From: Eledone cirrhosa
Taxonomy: Eukaryota
Reading direction: 5' to 3'
NCBI GenBank assembly: GCA_964016885.1
Contig: OZ024741.1
Coordinates: 331,824,001 to 331,888,000, forward strand
Length of the DNA stretch: 64,000 nt
The position numbers and the translations under genes were made by a program. The notes under the pieces were generated by a model. The model had not been told where the DNA came from. It worked only from the letters and a program-made list of their open reading frames with translations, and searched no databases. Positions 26,484-38,161 of the stretch are shown one piece after another. Numbering within the stretch: position 1 is the stretch's first letter; each line of letters opens with the position of its first letter.

Positions 26484-29400
26484 TTACAGATATATACTCA
26501 GAGTCGGCCCATTCACTCGGGCCATTCTTGCTTCTCTCACCCATCTTTCAACAAAATGCTGGGAAGAGAGCACTTCCCTCTCTACTCTGATTTTCCTTTT
26601 CAAATGAAATTTGAAAAAGTCAATCAGAGCATCACCGAAGAGGTAAGTGCTCGTCTTCAGCCCTTTCAAACGTGTCCACCATACTATCTCTTTCGCCATG
26701 GCCACCAGACAGATAAAAACTGCCTGCCCTTCCCGGCTAAAGGAGGAGGGCGGGGCAATCCTCACGATGGACTCAGATGATAGCTGGATCCGTCCTAAAC
26801 GCGACAGCAGGTGTTCGACATAAACCCACAAGTCAGCAATTTTCGGACACTGGACGAGTGCGTGCAGGACGGTTTCGTCGCCCTGCGCGCATCTCGGACA
26901 TGCCCGGCTGACGGCACCTCCATGCCTGTAGAGTTTATCCCGAACTGGCAAGGCTCCTCGGTAGCACTGCCAGGCCAGAGATTTCTGGAAGTTGTCCATA
27001 GGCCCTGGCCCGAAAGTTCTTCCGAAGAGATTGGCTAGTTGATTTTCGTCGACGCCTAGAGTTTCCCCAAGTACGTCGTCGCTCTTCCCCTCCACTAATC
27101 CTCTATAGAACGCCGAGGTGGAGTTTCCACCGATCACATTGCCCGATTGGTCGAGGGCTGTGAGCGCCTGAAGACATTCCAGTCTCCAGGCGCTCCCTCT
27201 CGGTCTTCGCTTGACCCAGGACTGCAGCTCCGTCAAGGAAACGAGCTGGGGAAAAACGCGTCTAGCAAACGGCGACCACACCTGATCACCGTCGAGGAAG
27301 AGGTGGAGATGTCGTAGCCTGAGCGCGTGCCTGCGCATCATCAGCCACGGCATGCCCAGCCCTCCACGTAGCGGGTGTTGACAACAGATGGACCGCCTGA
27401 CCATCGGAGCACGTCCCTTCCACAAAAAGCGAAAGAGCAAACGCTCCAGCGCAGTCAGGCGAGGCTTAGGACAAGGTACGACGGTTAGGCGGTAGCAGAT
27501 GACAGACGCGATGTACGCGTTAGCCACCTCCGCTCGACCTTTCAGGGATAGCTTCCTCTCCGCCCATTTCTGGGTGAGAGAAGCCACCCTGCTCGTCACC
27601 TCGTCCCAGTTTTTGTCCGTCTGGAGGTCCGGACCGAACCAGACCCCTAGCAATTTAACCGGTCCGTCCGTCCAGCGCCCGACGACGCTGTTGGACGGCA
27701 TGGACCTGCCTCTCCAGGTGCCGAGCTGCAGGCCCACTGACTTTTCCTGGTTGATCATTGCTCCTGTCACCGCTTCGTATTCTCTTAGTGTAGTGCCGAT
27801 CGCCTCGATGTGTTTGGCGTTCGACACCACTACGGTGACATCGTCCGCATATGCTGACACGGATCTTCCGCATCCTAGTTCGCGCGGGACTCCCCTCAAC
27901 GTCTCCAGTTTGTGCAGTAATGGCTCGAGAGTCAATACGTACAAGAGGGACGAGAGGGGACATCCTTGGCGGACCGAGCGCATGATGTTGAACGGTTCCG
28001 ACAGGTGACCGTTCACTCTCACCACAGAGCAGATGTCGCTGTGCATGGCAGCGATCCAGCCTCTGAAGACGGGCCCAAAGCCAGCCGCCCTCAGGACTGC
28101 CGCTAGGTAACGATGGTCGACCCTATCGAAAGCTTTCGACTGATCTAAATTGATCAAGGACCCACCCGTGCCAGGTTCCCTAGCTACCCTCTCTACGATG
28201 TATCGCATGAGGTGGAGGTTGTCGTGGATGGATCTGTCGGGAATGGCGCATGTCTGCGCCTCTCCCACCAGACCACCAACGACAAGCGCCAACCTCTTTG
28301 CTAGCACCTTGGCCAAAATCTTAAACTCTGTGTTTAGCAGAGTTATGGGCCGGAAATTGTCTATGTTATCCCCCTTGTTCGGATCCTTTCTCAGCAGTGC
28401 CACCGCTCCTCGGCTCACAGAACTGGGAATTCTCCCGTTCTGTTGCCAGTTGCAGTAGACGTCCGCCAAGAGGCCTCCGAACAAGTCTGGCATCTGTACG
28501 TAAAGTTCATAGGGCAGACCATCCAAACCAGGCGATTTACCCCTTGTGCAGCCAGTCATTGCCTCCCGTACTTCAGCGGCTGTTATCGGCTTTTCGCAAC
28601 ACCTCGCCTCAGTGGCCGAGAGCCGCGGCAGCCCGTCGAGGTAGACACTAAAGTCCATCCCTCTACCCGGCCCCCCGCTGCCCCCGAACAGCTGAGCGAA
28701 GTGTCGCTGAAAAGCTTCACACATTTGCCCGGGATCGAGTAGCATGCGCCCGTCGTGGTCCACCAAAGACCGGATCGTGGCTTTGTTGCCACGACGCGCC
28801 TCCGCCACTCGGGCCCATTGAACGGCTTTCGTCCCCTCGTGTCTGAGAGCACGCACCCTAGCTCTGACAACGCAGCCTTCGTGCTTTGCATTGAAGAATT
28901 GGTCAAGGGCCAATTTCGCCGCAAGCACGTCGGTCGCAATGCCTTTGCTAAGCGCCTCGTCTAATTTTCTAACTAGTTCTCCCTCTGCTCTATTTTTCTC
29001 TATTGCTAAAGCCTTACTAAACCTAATCGATTCTATTCTAATCGCTCTTTTCAGAGCAAACCACCACTTGTTGTTGACGATGGCCCCCGTCAACGCCCGC
29101 TTAACTAGTTCGCTAATCCGGTCTCTGTAGGCCTTGCGCGCTGGTAAGGACGCGTTTAGCTTCCAGTAGCCGGGTCCTCGTCTATGAAGCCTATCTAAGT
29201 CAAGCACACAGATCACGAATTTGTGGTCCGTGTAGCTGACTATCTTGAATTGTGGACAGCCTATGCTAGACCTATCTATTTCCCTACAAAATACTCTATC
29301 TAGATATGATCTGGATGACCCTATGCGGTTTGTCCAAGTCCACATTGGCACATTCGGGAAATCCAATCGGTACCTGTCAGACAGTTCAAAACGCCTGAGC

Positions 29401-29903
29401 AGGTTGGTGAGGCTCTTGCACCCTCCACCCCTATCCGCTAATCCCACACAGTCCCAGCGTGCATCTAAGATCCCGTTCCAGTCGCCCACTAACACTAAAG
29501 AGCGGGACGTTCCAAGAAAGGTCTCCAGACGCCGGAAGAAATCAGGCCGCCCTGCTCCTGTCGGGGCATAGACGGCCACTAGCCTGAAAGCTTGCCCGTC
29601 TCCGCTGGTCACGTCCAGCACCACCAGCTTACCCTCTGGGTCCAGGAAGATGGCCCGTATGGCGAGATCCAAACCTCTCCGAAAAAGTACAGCAACTCCT
29701 CCACCGGATCCAGGACGGCTGGGAGATGCGTACACATCGTAGCCGCCGAAGATCGGTGCGAAGGCCCGTGCTTCGGAGATTCTGGTCTCGCTGATGGCCA
29801 CTACATCTATGTTTAGTGACCTGAGGTCGTTGAGCAGGTGACCCTGCTTCCATGACGACCCCAAGCCACGCGCATTTATGCTGCCTATTCTGAGTGAGGT
29901 CAT
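26484..29903 (-). CDS. Tx1-type ORF2: APE endonuclease, reverse transcriptase, C-terminal zinc motif (1139 aa)
   Basis: SINARGL, ISET, VYAP, GDWN, YLDRVF, TDH, GPGYWKLN, SPGLDGL, FRPITLLN, DQSKAFDRV, VRQGCPLS, YADD, CPRC-x8-H-x4-C. Confidence 0.96.
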   Translation of the reverse strand: MTSLRIGSINARGLGSSWKQGHLLNDLRSLNIDVVAISETRISEARAFAPIFGGYDVYASPSRPGSGGGVAVLFRRGLDLAIRAIFLDPEGKLVVLDVTSGDGQAFRLVAVYAPTGAGRPDFFRRLETFLGTSRSLVLVGDWNGILDARWDCVGLADRGGGCKSLTNLLRRFELSDRYRLDFPNVPMWTWTNRIGSSRSYLDRVFCREIDRSSIGCPQFKIVSYTDHKFVICVLDLDRLHRRGPGYWKLNASLPARKAYRDRISELVKRALTGAIVNNKWWFALKRAIRIESIRFSKALAIEKNRAEGELVRKLDEALSKGIATDVLAAKLALDQFFNAKHEGCVVRARVRALRHEGTKAVQWARVAEARRGNKATIRSLVDHDGRMLLDPGQMCEAFQRHFAQLFGGSGGPGRGMDFSVYLDGLPRLSATEARCCEKPITAAEVREAMTGCTRGKSPGLDGLPYELYVQMPDLFGGLLADVYCNWQQNGRIPSSVSRGAVALLRKDPNKGDNIDNFRPITLLNTEFKILAKVLAKRLALVVGGLVGEAQTCAIPDRSIHDNLHLMRYIVERVAREPGTGGSLINLDQSKAFDRVDHRYLAAVLRAAGFGPVFRGWIAAMHSDICSVVRVNGHLSEPFNIMRSVRQGCPLSSLLYVLTLEPLLHKLETLRGVPRELGCGRSVSAYADDVTVVVSNAKHIEAIGTTLREYEAVTGAMINQEKSVGLQLGTWRGRSMPSNSVVGRWTDGPVKLLGVWFGPDLQTDKNWDEVTSRVASLTQKWAERKLSLKGRAEVANAYIASVICYRLTVVPCPKPRLTALERLLFRFLWKGRAPMVRRSICCQHPLRGGLGMPWLMMRRHALRLRHLHLFLDGDQVWSPFARRVFPQLVSLTELQSWVKRRPRGSAWRLECLQALTALDQSGNVIGGNSTSAFYRGLVEGKSDDVLGETLGVDENQLANLFGRTFGPGPMDNFQKSLAWQCYRGALPVRDKLYRHGGAVSRACPRCAQGDETVLHALVQCPKIADLWVYVEHLLSRLGRIQLSSESIVRIAPPSSFSREGQAVFICLVAMAKEIVWWTRLKGLKTSTYLFGDALIDFFKFHLKRKIRVEREVLSSQHFVERWVREARMARVNGPTLSIYL

Positions 29904-29938
29904 GTTTAAAATAGAGTGGAAAAGATGGGAAAGACCAC

Positions 29939-32038
29939 TTACCGTATTTTTGGTAGAGGAGGGATGGTTTTTACATCCCTTTTCACTTGATCGTCTGGTG
30001 AAGGGACCGTTGAATCGTCCCTTCGGCTGGTCGTCGGCTCTTCTAAGAGAATGTCTGAATATACTCTTCGATTAATGGTTCCTCCTAGGTCCCTGAAATC
30101 ACCAACTGCGTTGGGAAATTTCGTTTTAATGTTTGTGTATTGTTTCTGTGCTATTTTTAGCAGTCTTATGTTAGTTGGCGTTTTGATTGGTGCTGGTATT
30201 ATGTAGTCCTGTTGTGAAATGTCTGTGTGTTCAATTATGTAAGTCATTAGTTTCTTGTTGTGTGTGTTTATTGCCGTGCATTTGTTTTTCTGGGGGTGGG
30301 GTGTGGTTCTGCTATTTTCTTGTCGTTGTTGCTGGGTGTGTGTGTTTTGTTGTTGTGTTTGCGATGTTGGTGCTTGTGGTGGTGGTGTTGAAGGTGTTGT
30401 TGGCGGTGGGGTTGTCGCCGGTGGTGATGGTGGTGCTGGTGTGGGTGGTGATGGTGTTGGTGGTGTTGCTGCTGTGGGTCTCTTTGCAGTAGACTTTACC
30501 CTTTTCTCATTTCTTTCCTCCCTTTTCAAAGGCGACGATGCGCTGCTTCTGCGTTTGTGCCTTCTTGAGACCTTTTGCCATCCCTCTCCCACCTCACACT
30601 CCATGTCTGATTCTGTAAGGTCGGGGAGGGGTACCAGCTCCACTCTTTCACTTGTTGTTGTTGGTGATGTTTGCACTGGAGTCTCTGTTGCAGCTGCATT
30701 TGGTATTGCTGTTGTTGTTGTTAATATTTCCACTGCTGCTGCTGTCTTTGATTTCCGTGGAGTGGGTATGGGTGCCACGGACCTATCGTTCCTGGTTGCC
30801 GCTTGTCCTGTTGCTGGTAGCCGTGGAACCGGATTCGGGAGGAGGGGGGTTTTCTCCTTTCTCAGGGTCTTCTCGTTGCAGAAGGCCCTGAGGTGAGTCT
30901 TCGATCCACAGCGAAAGCATTTCGGGCGTTTGCCCTCAACACTTATGGGCAGTTGAGTGCCGTTATCGAAGTCTATCACATCCGGGATAGCTTCGATGCA
31001 CTCCTGGTTGGTTTGGATTAGCATCTCAATGGAGGAGCCGACCCAATCTTCTCTTACTTTTTTCTGTACTTGCAGTACAGTTGTTTTGTCCTCGATTCCG
31101 ACGAGGACAGACGCGGCCAGCCAAGAAGGGGTCATTCCGGGGGGGACGTGGGTCAGTTTGACCCTCACAATTTTTTGCCCGCAGTAGGAGGGCACCAACA
31201 CCATTTCCTCGCTCCTTAGGGTCACTACTGATTGGGCCTTTGCCTCCTGGGGTGTGGCAAAAAGTACGTCTACGGTGGCGTATTTTTTGCCTCGGGTGAT
31301 GTGCGTTTTCCTCTGCCACACAGACCCCAAGGCTTTTTGTATTTGGGCCTCTGTGGCTCTTTCCACCCTACGGGATTTTGTACTTACTGTACGGTACGTG
31401 ACCGTACAGTGCTCTTGGGTTTCGAAAAAATTTTTCGCTGCCTTGCAGATTGCTCGGTGTCCGTTCTTTGTCACCATCTTCTTCGCTTCCTCTAATTCCT
31501 CATTTGTTATGAGGATTGTTTCCAGGTTTTTCGCAATACCTGCAAATGAGATTGGTTTTTCTCTGCTGTTGTTGTTGTCGTCAGAGCTGCTGGTACTTTT
31601 GTTGTTGCTGCAGGTACTACGACTACTGCCTCCGCCGCTGTTGCTGTGGTTGTTGTTGGTGTTGCTGCTGCTAATGCTGTTGTTGTTTATGCTGCTGGTG
31701 ATGCTGTTGCGGCTGCTACTGTTGTTTTCATTGTCACTGTTGCTGTTGTTATTACGGCTGCTACTGCTATTATTCCTGACGTCAGACGAATGAACTGGGT
31801 TTTCGTATTTCCCGCACACCTGTTTCGTCGCTGTCGTCGTCGTCGTGGAGAAACCTTGCACGCTTTGCACGAGACTTTTCTTTTCTTTCGTCGCTTGCGA
31901 AAGAGAAGGTAGGGAGAGAGACACATTTAAAGAAGGGAGGGAGAGAGACAATCTTCTCTCTCCTGTAGTGATGATTGAGGAAGAAGAAGACGGAATGAGT
32001 GGGAGTGACGTATGAAATTTTTTTTTTTTGGTAGCCAT
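29939..32038 (-). CDS. Tx1-type ORF1 gag-like nucleic-acid-binding protein (~699 aa)
   Basis: First ATG at 32038 (MATKKKKF). CCHC knuckle CFRCGSKTHLRAFC, an SFAGIA motif, and Ser/Asn- and Pro/Thr-rich low-complexity segments. Confidence 0.88.
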   Translation of the reverse strand: MATKKKKFHTSLPLIPSSSSSIITTGERRLSLSLPSLNVSLSLPSLSQATKEKKSLVQSVQGFSTTTTTATKQVCGKYENPVHSSDVRNNSSSSRNNNSNSDNENNSSSRNSITSSINNNSISSSNTNNNHSNSGGGSSRSTCSNNKSTSSSDDNNNSREKPISFAGIAKNLETILITNEELEEAKKMVTKNGHRAICKAAKNFFETQEHCTVTYRTVSTKSRRVERATEAQIQKALGSVWQRKTHITRGKKYATVDVLFATPQEAKAQSVVTLRSEEMVLVPSYCGQKIVRVKLTHVPPGMTPSWLAASVLVGIEDKTTVLQVQKKVREDWVGSSIEMLIQTNQECIEAIPDVIDFDNGTQLPISVEGKRPKCFRCGSKTHLRAFCNEKTLRKEKTPLLPNPVPRLPATGQAATRNDRSVAPIPTPRKSKTAAAVEILTTTTAIPNAAATETPVQTSPTTTSERVELVPLPDLTESDMECEVGEGWQKVSRRHKRRSSASSPLKREERNEKRVKSTAKRPTAATPPTPSPPTPAPPSPPATTPPPTTPSTPPPQAPTSQTQQQNTHTQQQRQENSRTTPHPQKNKCTAINTHNKKLMTYIIEHTDISQQDYIIPAPIKTPTNIRLLKIAQKQYTNIKTKFPNAVGDFRDLGGTINRRVYSDILLEEPTTSRRDDSTVPSPDDQVKRDVKTIPPLPKIR

Positions 32039-32277
32039 GTTTTTTTGCTTAAAATGAAATTTTGGGTACAAAACCCCAATAACTGATTATTTAACCCCGA
32101 AGGGCCAAATAACGGACAGAAAGACCCCTCTCACGAGGAGGAGGGTGTCTTTATCAACAATTTGGTTCAAGTTTTAAACAATTTACAATTGTTTTAACGG
32201 TTAAAAATTACTATACCTTACAGAGCCGAGCCTCCGTCAACCATGGCATTCAATAATAATAATAATAATAATAATAA

Positions 32278-32418
32278 TTACTGGTACTTTATTTTATCAA
32301 CCCTGTAAGGATGAAAGGCAAAGTTAACCTCGGTGGGATTTGAACTCAGTTCGTAAAGGGACGTAACTGTGCTACAAAGCATGGTGTCCGACCCTCCACC
32401 GATACTGCCAATCCACCG
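32278..32418 (-). mobile_element. SINE family A (partial)
   Basis: Match to family A head and body. Confidence 0.8.
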
Positions 32419-32423
32419 ACCTA

Positions 32424-32457
<34 letters not shown>

Positions 32458-32504
32458 GGAAGAAGAGGAAGAAAAAGAATTGCAGCAACATTAACAATAG
32501 TAAT

Positions 32505-32691
32505 AATTGTTCCTTCTTTTTGACACAAGGCCGGCAATTACCCACTGCATTACTGGTACTTTATTTTATCGACCTCGTAAGGATGAAAGGCAAAGTTAAC
32601 CTCGGTGGGATTTGAACTCAGAATGGCAAGGGCTGCAACTCTATGTGTCAAAGCATGGTGTCCGACCCTCTACCGATACTACTAATCCACC
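32505..32691 (-). mobile_element. SINE family A
   Basis: Match to family A. Confidence 0.8.
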
Positions 32692-32929
32692 GCTCCTTAC
32701 TGTAATTATTACAATAGTAATAATTACAGTAAGACATAAAACTATAGCAATAATATTAACAACAACAACAGCAGTAGGAACAATGGCAACGACCCAAATA
32801 TTAATAAAATAATATAACAACTAAAGTAATAAAAAGGTGAAAACAGCAAAGAGAACTAAAACTATCAATCATAAGGATAAATAAAGAACTAGGTAACGAT
32901 AGTAGTTTAGATAAAATACAAGCGCAATG

Positions 32930-33420
32930 GCATTACAAAAAGCACCCAGTCCACCCTGTAAAGTGGTTGTGTTGGTGACATGACAAAAAGCACCCAGCCC
33001 ACCCTGTAAAGTCGTTGTGTTAGTGTCATGAGAAGAAGTACTCAGCCCACCCTGTAAAGTAGTCGTGTTTGTGACATGACAAAAAGTATCCAGCCCACCC
33101 CGTAAATTGGTTGTGTTGATGACATGACAAAAAGCAACCACCTCACCCTGTAAAGAGGTTGTGTTGGTGACTTTACAAAAAGCACCCAGTCTACACTGTA
33201 AATTGGTCATGTTGATGTCATGATGAAAAGCACTCAGTCCACACTGTGAATGTGGTTGGCATTAGGAAGGGCATTCAGCCATAGAAACCAAACCAGATAT
33301 GGTTCTGCATGAACATGACATGGTTATCTGCTCTGACATGCTTCACAACTAGACAACTAGTCTAACTTATGCTAATGTGGAAAAATGAATGTTAAATAGT
33401 GATGATGATGATGATGATGA
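32930..33420 (+). repeat. minisatellite of ~48-bp units (about 6-7 copies) inside an old Nin-like module
   Basis: Unit AAAAGCACCCAGYCCACCCTGTAAAGTGGTTGTGTTGGTGACATGAC, followed by TTAGGAAGGGCATTCAGC and (GAT)n. Confidence 0.8.
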
Positions 33421-33837
33421 TAAATGGCAGTGATTGAAGCTAGAGAAGTAGCAGAGGTAAGCAATAGCTGCAGCAGAATTAAAACAACAGTGATGATGAT
33501 GATGTAGCGAACGAGACAATGACATTATACAACCAACGTAAGGTCAAGTGGGGCTGCAATTGTAGGTAAGTGCTGGATTAAACAACAACAAAAAAGTGGG
33601 CTGCCTTAACTTTTGGCAGGTAACAAAATCCAGGTGTAAGCTGCCAATCTGTCTCTTGTGTTGGATAGTCTACCTTACCAGATGTAAGTAGCAGTGGCGA
33701 AGGGTAACCTGGAAAGTAGGGCATGCAGTCCAATCACCATGGTGGAAAGTGGGGCTGTGCAGCCTCCCCCCCACAATTCCCTCTAAATGACCCTCCCAGT
33801 CAAAGCCGCATGTAGTGTTATCTAGTGTGTGTGTGTG

Positions 33838-34005
33838 TATTATCTTTTTATGCGTCTACGATTTAGTAAGCAGCCAAAATTCTGCTTGCTTCAACCGACG
33901 CTGTCGTGTATTTGTGTGTGTAGTGTGTGTGTGTGTGTGTGTTATCTTTTTATGTGTCTACGATTTAGCAAGCAGCCAAAATTCTGCTTGCTTCAACCGA
34001 CGCTG

Positions 34006-34056
<51 letters not shown>

Positions 34057-34125
34057 TGTGTGTGTTATCTTTTTATGTGTCTACGATTTAGTAAGCAGCC
34101 AAAATTCTGCTTGCTTCAACCGACG
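33838..34125. repeat. three tandem copies of a ~65-bp unit separated by (TG)n
   Basis: TTATCTTTTTATGYGTCTACGATTTAGYAAGCAGCCAAAATTCTGCTTGCTTCAACCGACGC occurs three times. Confidence 0.9.
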
Positions 34126-35552
34126 CAATTGATCAACTCAAGATTCTATAATGCATGCACTGCATGTGTTGCATGCACGGACCCTTCGCCTCTGGTAAGT
34201 AGGTGCATTCTGTTATCCTTCAGGGCTATGAATTGATCTGAAATAGAGGAGAATCTGGTGCATATATTTAGTTACCACCTCAGATGTTTTAGTAATCAGA
34301 TCAGAAGGCCATTCATCAAACAATATGTGGAGTGCTTCATCCAAGCACAAGATGTAAGGTCTTCCACATCTGGTGTATAGTTAAGCCATAGTAATTAAAC
34401 TCCAACTTAGAAATTTGATATCCTTTAATTACACATGCTCCATTAGTGCCTGGAGAGGCTAGTTGCATGCTTCCATTTTTATTGGATAGTTATTGTAGTG
34501 TCAGCAGTTACAGTTTGTTAATGTGGAAATGCTGGTGCTTCTGATGATTCAGACTTATTTACTTTGGCTCAGTTGGATGCTGCAAAGTTTTAGGTAGTGT
34601 TTAGTGTAACTAAATAAGACAACTTCTCCAGGTTGCTGTTGACGATTTTGTAGTTGTAGTAGTGTTGTGGTGGGAAGTACTTGTGGAATTAACTTTCAAG
34701 AGGACTCAATACAAATAACTGCACAGTGTATATATATATATATACATATATGGAGACATGCCGAAAAGAACCTGTCCCACCCTTGCAAGCAAGGAAAAGT
34801 GAATGTAAAATGATGATGGATGATGATGATGATGATATATATATATATATATAGGAAAGTGGCACATGTAAAAAACAGAACACATGGGACAAACAAACAA
34901 AAGCAACTATATTTCTTATGGACCCCCCCCCCTCCTCAATGGACAACACAATTTTGTTTATAAAGGTGGTCTATCTCCCTTGTTTGACACCTTATATATA
35001 TATATTAAAAAAGGCAAACACAGAGAAACAAAAGAATTAAGGTTATTAGGCTCATACTTAGATGAAAGAGAGCAAATGGAGTTCAAGGTATTAGACTTTG
35101 GCTCTTTGTCAGGAGAGTACTAGAAGAAAGATAGAAAAAATATCAGAATTAGAAAAGAAAGGCATGTGAGTGTGTGTGTATGTGTATGTTGGTATACATG
35201 TTTTGTGTGTATCATCGCATATATCGGTGAGAAGGTCCAAACATATATATATATATATCATCATCATCATCCACTTTTCCCTGCTAGGCAATTTTACGTT
35301 CACTTTTCCCTGCTAGGCAATTCAGTGAATGGTGGTGGTACCAATATGAGCATTCAATGCCCAGGCAGAGTGGATTTAATAAGAAAAAATGATGAAGATT
35401 TGTTTTATATTTTTATTGATTATCAACCTGTTACATGTGTTTCACAGATGATTGACTCAAGGTCACCTACAGAAGCTATGGATCTGACTCCAGCATTGAT
35501 CTGCTCATCAGTCCTGGTGATTTAAGTATATACACTTATATATATATATATA

Positions 35553-36298
35553 ATCATCATCATCATCATCATCTGCATTTAACGCCCATTTTTTTTCCAT
35601 AATAGCATGGGTTAGACGAGTTGTTCCATTGTGAGATGACAACATTTGGCAAAAAAAAAATGATTTGGGCTTGGTTTTTACGGCTGAATGGCCTTCTTAA
35701 CACCAACCACATTTACTGTGTGGGCTGGGCGCTTCTTGCTGGGATCTTCATGATAATTTTGTGGTGTGGGTTGTGTGTTGTTTGTCATGTCACCATTATG
35801 ACCACTTTACAGTGTGGCTTGGGTACTTTGGTGGGGGAGGTGTATGGGAATTGGGGAGGTGGGTTTAGGGGCATGTGTGAGGATTGGAGTGTTAGGACTG
35901 GGCGGCATGTTAGGACATGGGAGGTGTATGGAAGGGAGATGGAGGTGAATATGGTGCATACTTGATGTATGCTTCTGCCTGTGCGCATGAGAAGGTAGGT
36001 CTTCTGTATTACTGCACAATGTCAGAGGTCTCGGTTCTTTGAGAGGTGCAATTGTGCAAGGTCAGCCTTTATCACCTCATTGCAAGTCTTCCTAGGGTCT
36101 TCTTACTGCAATGCTTTCATCAACTTTGAGTGCTCTGCACCTTTTTATACAGCTGTCATCCTTCATACGCATCACATGTCCATACCAATGCAATCTTTTC
36201 TCCTCTCCTGCACACTGCATCTGCTCCCTCTTATGCCTACTTTCTCTCTCAGTTCATTCATACTTTGTCATTCACGTATATTGCTATTACATATCCAT
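35553..36298 (-). mobile_element. degenerate RTE C-terminal fragment plus 3' module
   Basis: Reverse strand carries the [11 protein letters not shown] region, followed by a Nin-like core and (GAT)n. Confidence 0.7.
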
Positions 36299-36304
36299 AT
36301 ATAT

Positions 36305-36441
<137 letters not shown>

Positions 36442-36916
36442 GTTCAAGAGTAACCAATCTTAAAGAGAGAGATGGAGAGAGGAGAGGAGAGATTGGTGAA
36501 TTAGTTAGAAGCCAAAGCGTAAAGGCATGTGCTCAATGTGCAATATGCAGTGGAAAGGAGCTAGGTGGCTGGGTTCATGCAGAGGTTAGGTGCACAGAGC
36601 TGGAAATATTCATTAGTTAAGTAAAATAAGACCACAAATTTCACAAGGAAGACATTATTAAAAGATTGTCAACATATTTTAGTTTGTCGAGGAGTTACTT
36701 CCCCTGAAACCACCCTCTAATTAGTAAGGTAAATATGTCCATTGGCGGCCATTTTGTTACCCATAGGCAGATGTCACACAATGCAGCCTCGACAGAAGAA
36801 TACTGCTCGACTATGGCAGACAATAGATATACCCAGGACACCATAGTGAAATACCAATATATGGAACATTACATTATGTAACATTATTTCCTTATTTTAA
36901 TTTATATTCCTTTGAA

Positions 36917-37035
36917 GTTCCGATGAGCCGCTCTATCTTTAACTATGTTAATTATTTTCAACTGAACCAGATCAATAATGATATATAGTCATTTGATCCA
37001 GAAATATTATATGGAGTAGCGAAACAATTGTAAAC
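36917..37035 (+). ncRNA. hammerhead-like motif, U4C variant, long stem II loop
   Basis: GTT-CCGATGA-GCCGCTCTAT...ATGGAGTAGC-GAAA-CAATTG-TA-AAC. Stem I is only 3 bp. Confidence 0.55.
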
Positions 37036-37050
37036 GGACATTATTTAGGG

Positions 37051-37236
37051 CGGTGGATTGGCAGTATCAGTAGAGAGTCGGACGCCATGCTTTCCAGCAT
37101 AGTTACGTCCCTTTACGGTCTGAGTTCAAATCCCGCCGAGGTTAACTTTGCTTTTTATCCTTACGGGGTCGATAAAATAAAGTACCAGTAATGTACTGGG
37201 TAATTACTGGCCTTGTGCCAAAAATAGAAACAATTA
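37051..37236 (+). mobile_element. SINE family A
   Basis: Match to 13861-14047. Confidence 0.88.
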
Positions 37237-37350
37237 TTATTAATATTATTATTATTATTCTCTACATTCCTTACATCAAACTAAAATATGTTGACAATCT
37301 TTTAATAATGTCTTCCTTGTGAAATTTGTGGTCTTGTTTTGCTTAACTAA

Positions 37351-37405
<55 letters not shown>

Positions 37406-37460
37406 GAAGTATGTTTAGAAATGGTGAGCAAAGTTTGAAATTGAAATAGAAATAGGATTC

Positions 37461-37604
37461 GCTGTAACATTTGACTAAATGATATACTCTAATAATGGGG
37501 TGTATAAACCCACAGATGGATATCAGCAAACATACCCAACTTTTTCTGTTCAATGGGTTTATATGCTCATTATTAGACTATATCATTTAGTCAAATGTTA
37601 TAGC
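37461..37604. mobile_element. fold-back MITE
   Basis: GCTGTAACATTTGACTAAATGATATA...AAACCCA / TGGGTTT...TATATCATTTAGTCAAATGTTATAGC. Confidence 0.7.
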
Positions 37605-37694
37605 AAACCTTCTCTCTCTCTATATATATATAGGAAAAGAGTCAGGAACCCAACAGCTGAGCTCTGGCCATTTTGACAGCTAGATCCGAACTAA

Positions 37695-38069
37695 GCCAGG
37701 ACCGTGACCTCGGGTGTCACACAGTAAAACAGAAGATCCGACTTCTCATGGGTACAAGCCAAAGCTGAAGCATATAGACAATATGCCCCCTCCCCCTCCC
37801 ACTGCAAAGTTGTCGTGGAGGTGCCACGGCAAAAAAGCAACCAGCCCACATTGTAAAGTGGTTGTGTAGGCGCCACGGAAAAAAGCACCCAGCACTCACT
37901 GTAAATGAGGTTGGTGTAAGGAAGGGCATCCAGCTGTAGAAATCAAGCCAGAATCAGTTCCTGTATGAGCAAGACAAGGTCAGCCAACCGGGCACTGCCC
38001 ACGACAGGACAACCCGTTTAACCCATGCTAGCGTGGAAAAATGGACGTAAAACGGTGATGATGATGATG

Positions 38070-38070
<1 letters not shown>
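37695..38070 (+). mobile_element. RTE end plus Nin-like 3' module
   Basis: Similar to 22255-22612. Confidence 0.8.

Positions 38071-38161
<91 letters not shown>

Larger units (their letters stand above)
26221..32251 (-). mobile_element. full-length Tx1/L1-clade non-LTR retrotransposon
   Basis: ~210-bp 5' UTR, two uninterrupted ORFs separated by 35 bp, 3' UTR ending AATAAAGAAATCA, and (AAT)n on both flanks. Confidence 0.95.
36607..37356. repeat. ~80-bp inverted repeats enclosing an HHR-like motif and a SINE
   Basis: 36607-36686 (ATTCATTAGTTAAG...ATATTTTAGTTTG) is the reverse complement of 37277-37356. Confidence 0.8.

Noticed and set aside
26811-31926. Plus-strand and alternate-frame ORFs overlapping the Tx1 element
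   Set aside because: Antisense or shadow frames of GC-rich coding sequence with no recognisable motifs.
33838-34125. CRISPR-like repeat/spacer pattern
   Set aside because: Spacers are (TG)n, repeats are ~65 bp, there are no cas genes and the context is eukaryotic.
33540-34690. Possible degenerate LINE 5' region or HDV-like ribozyme on the minus strand
   Set aside because: Too degenerate. Neither a nested double pseudoknot nor protein motifs could be established by eye.
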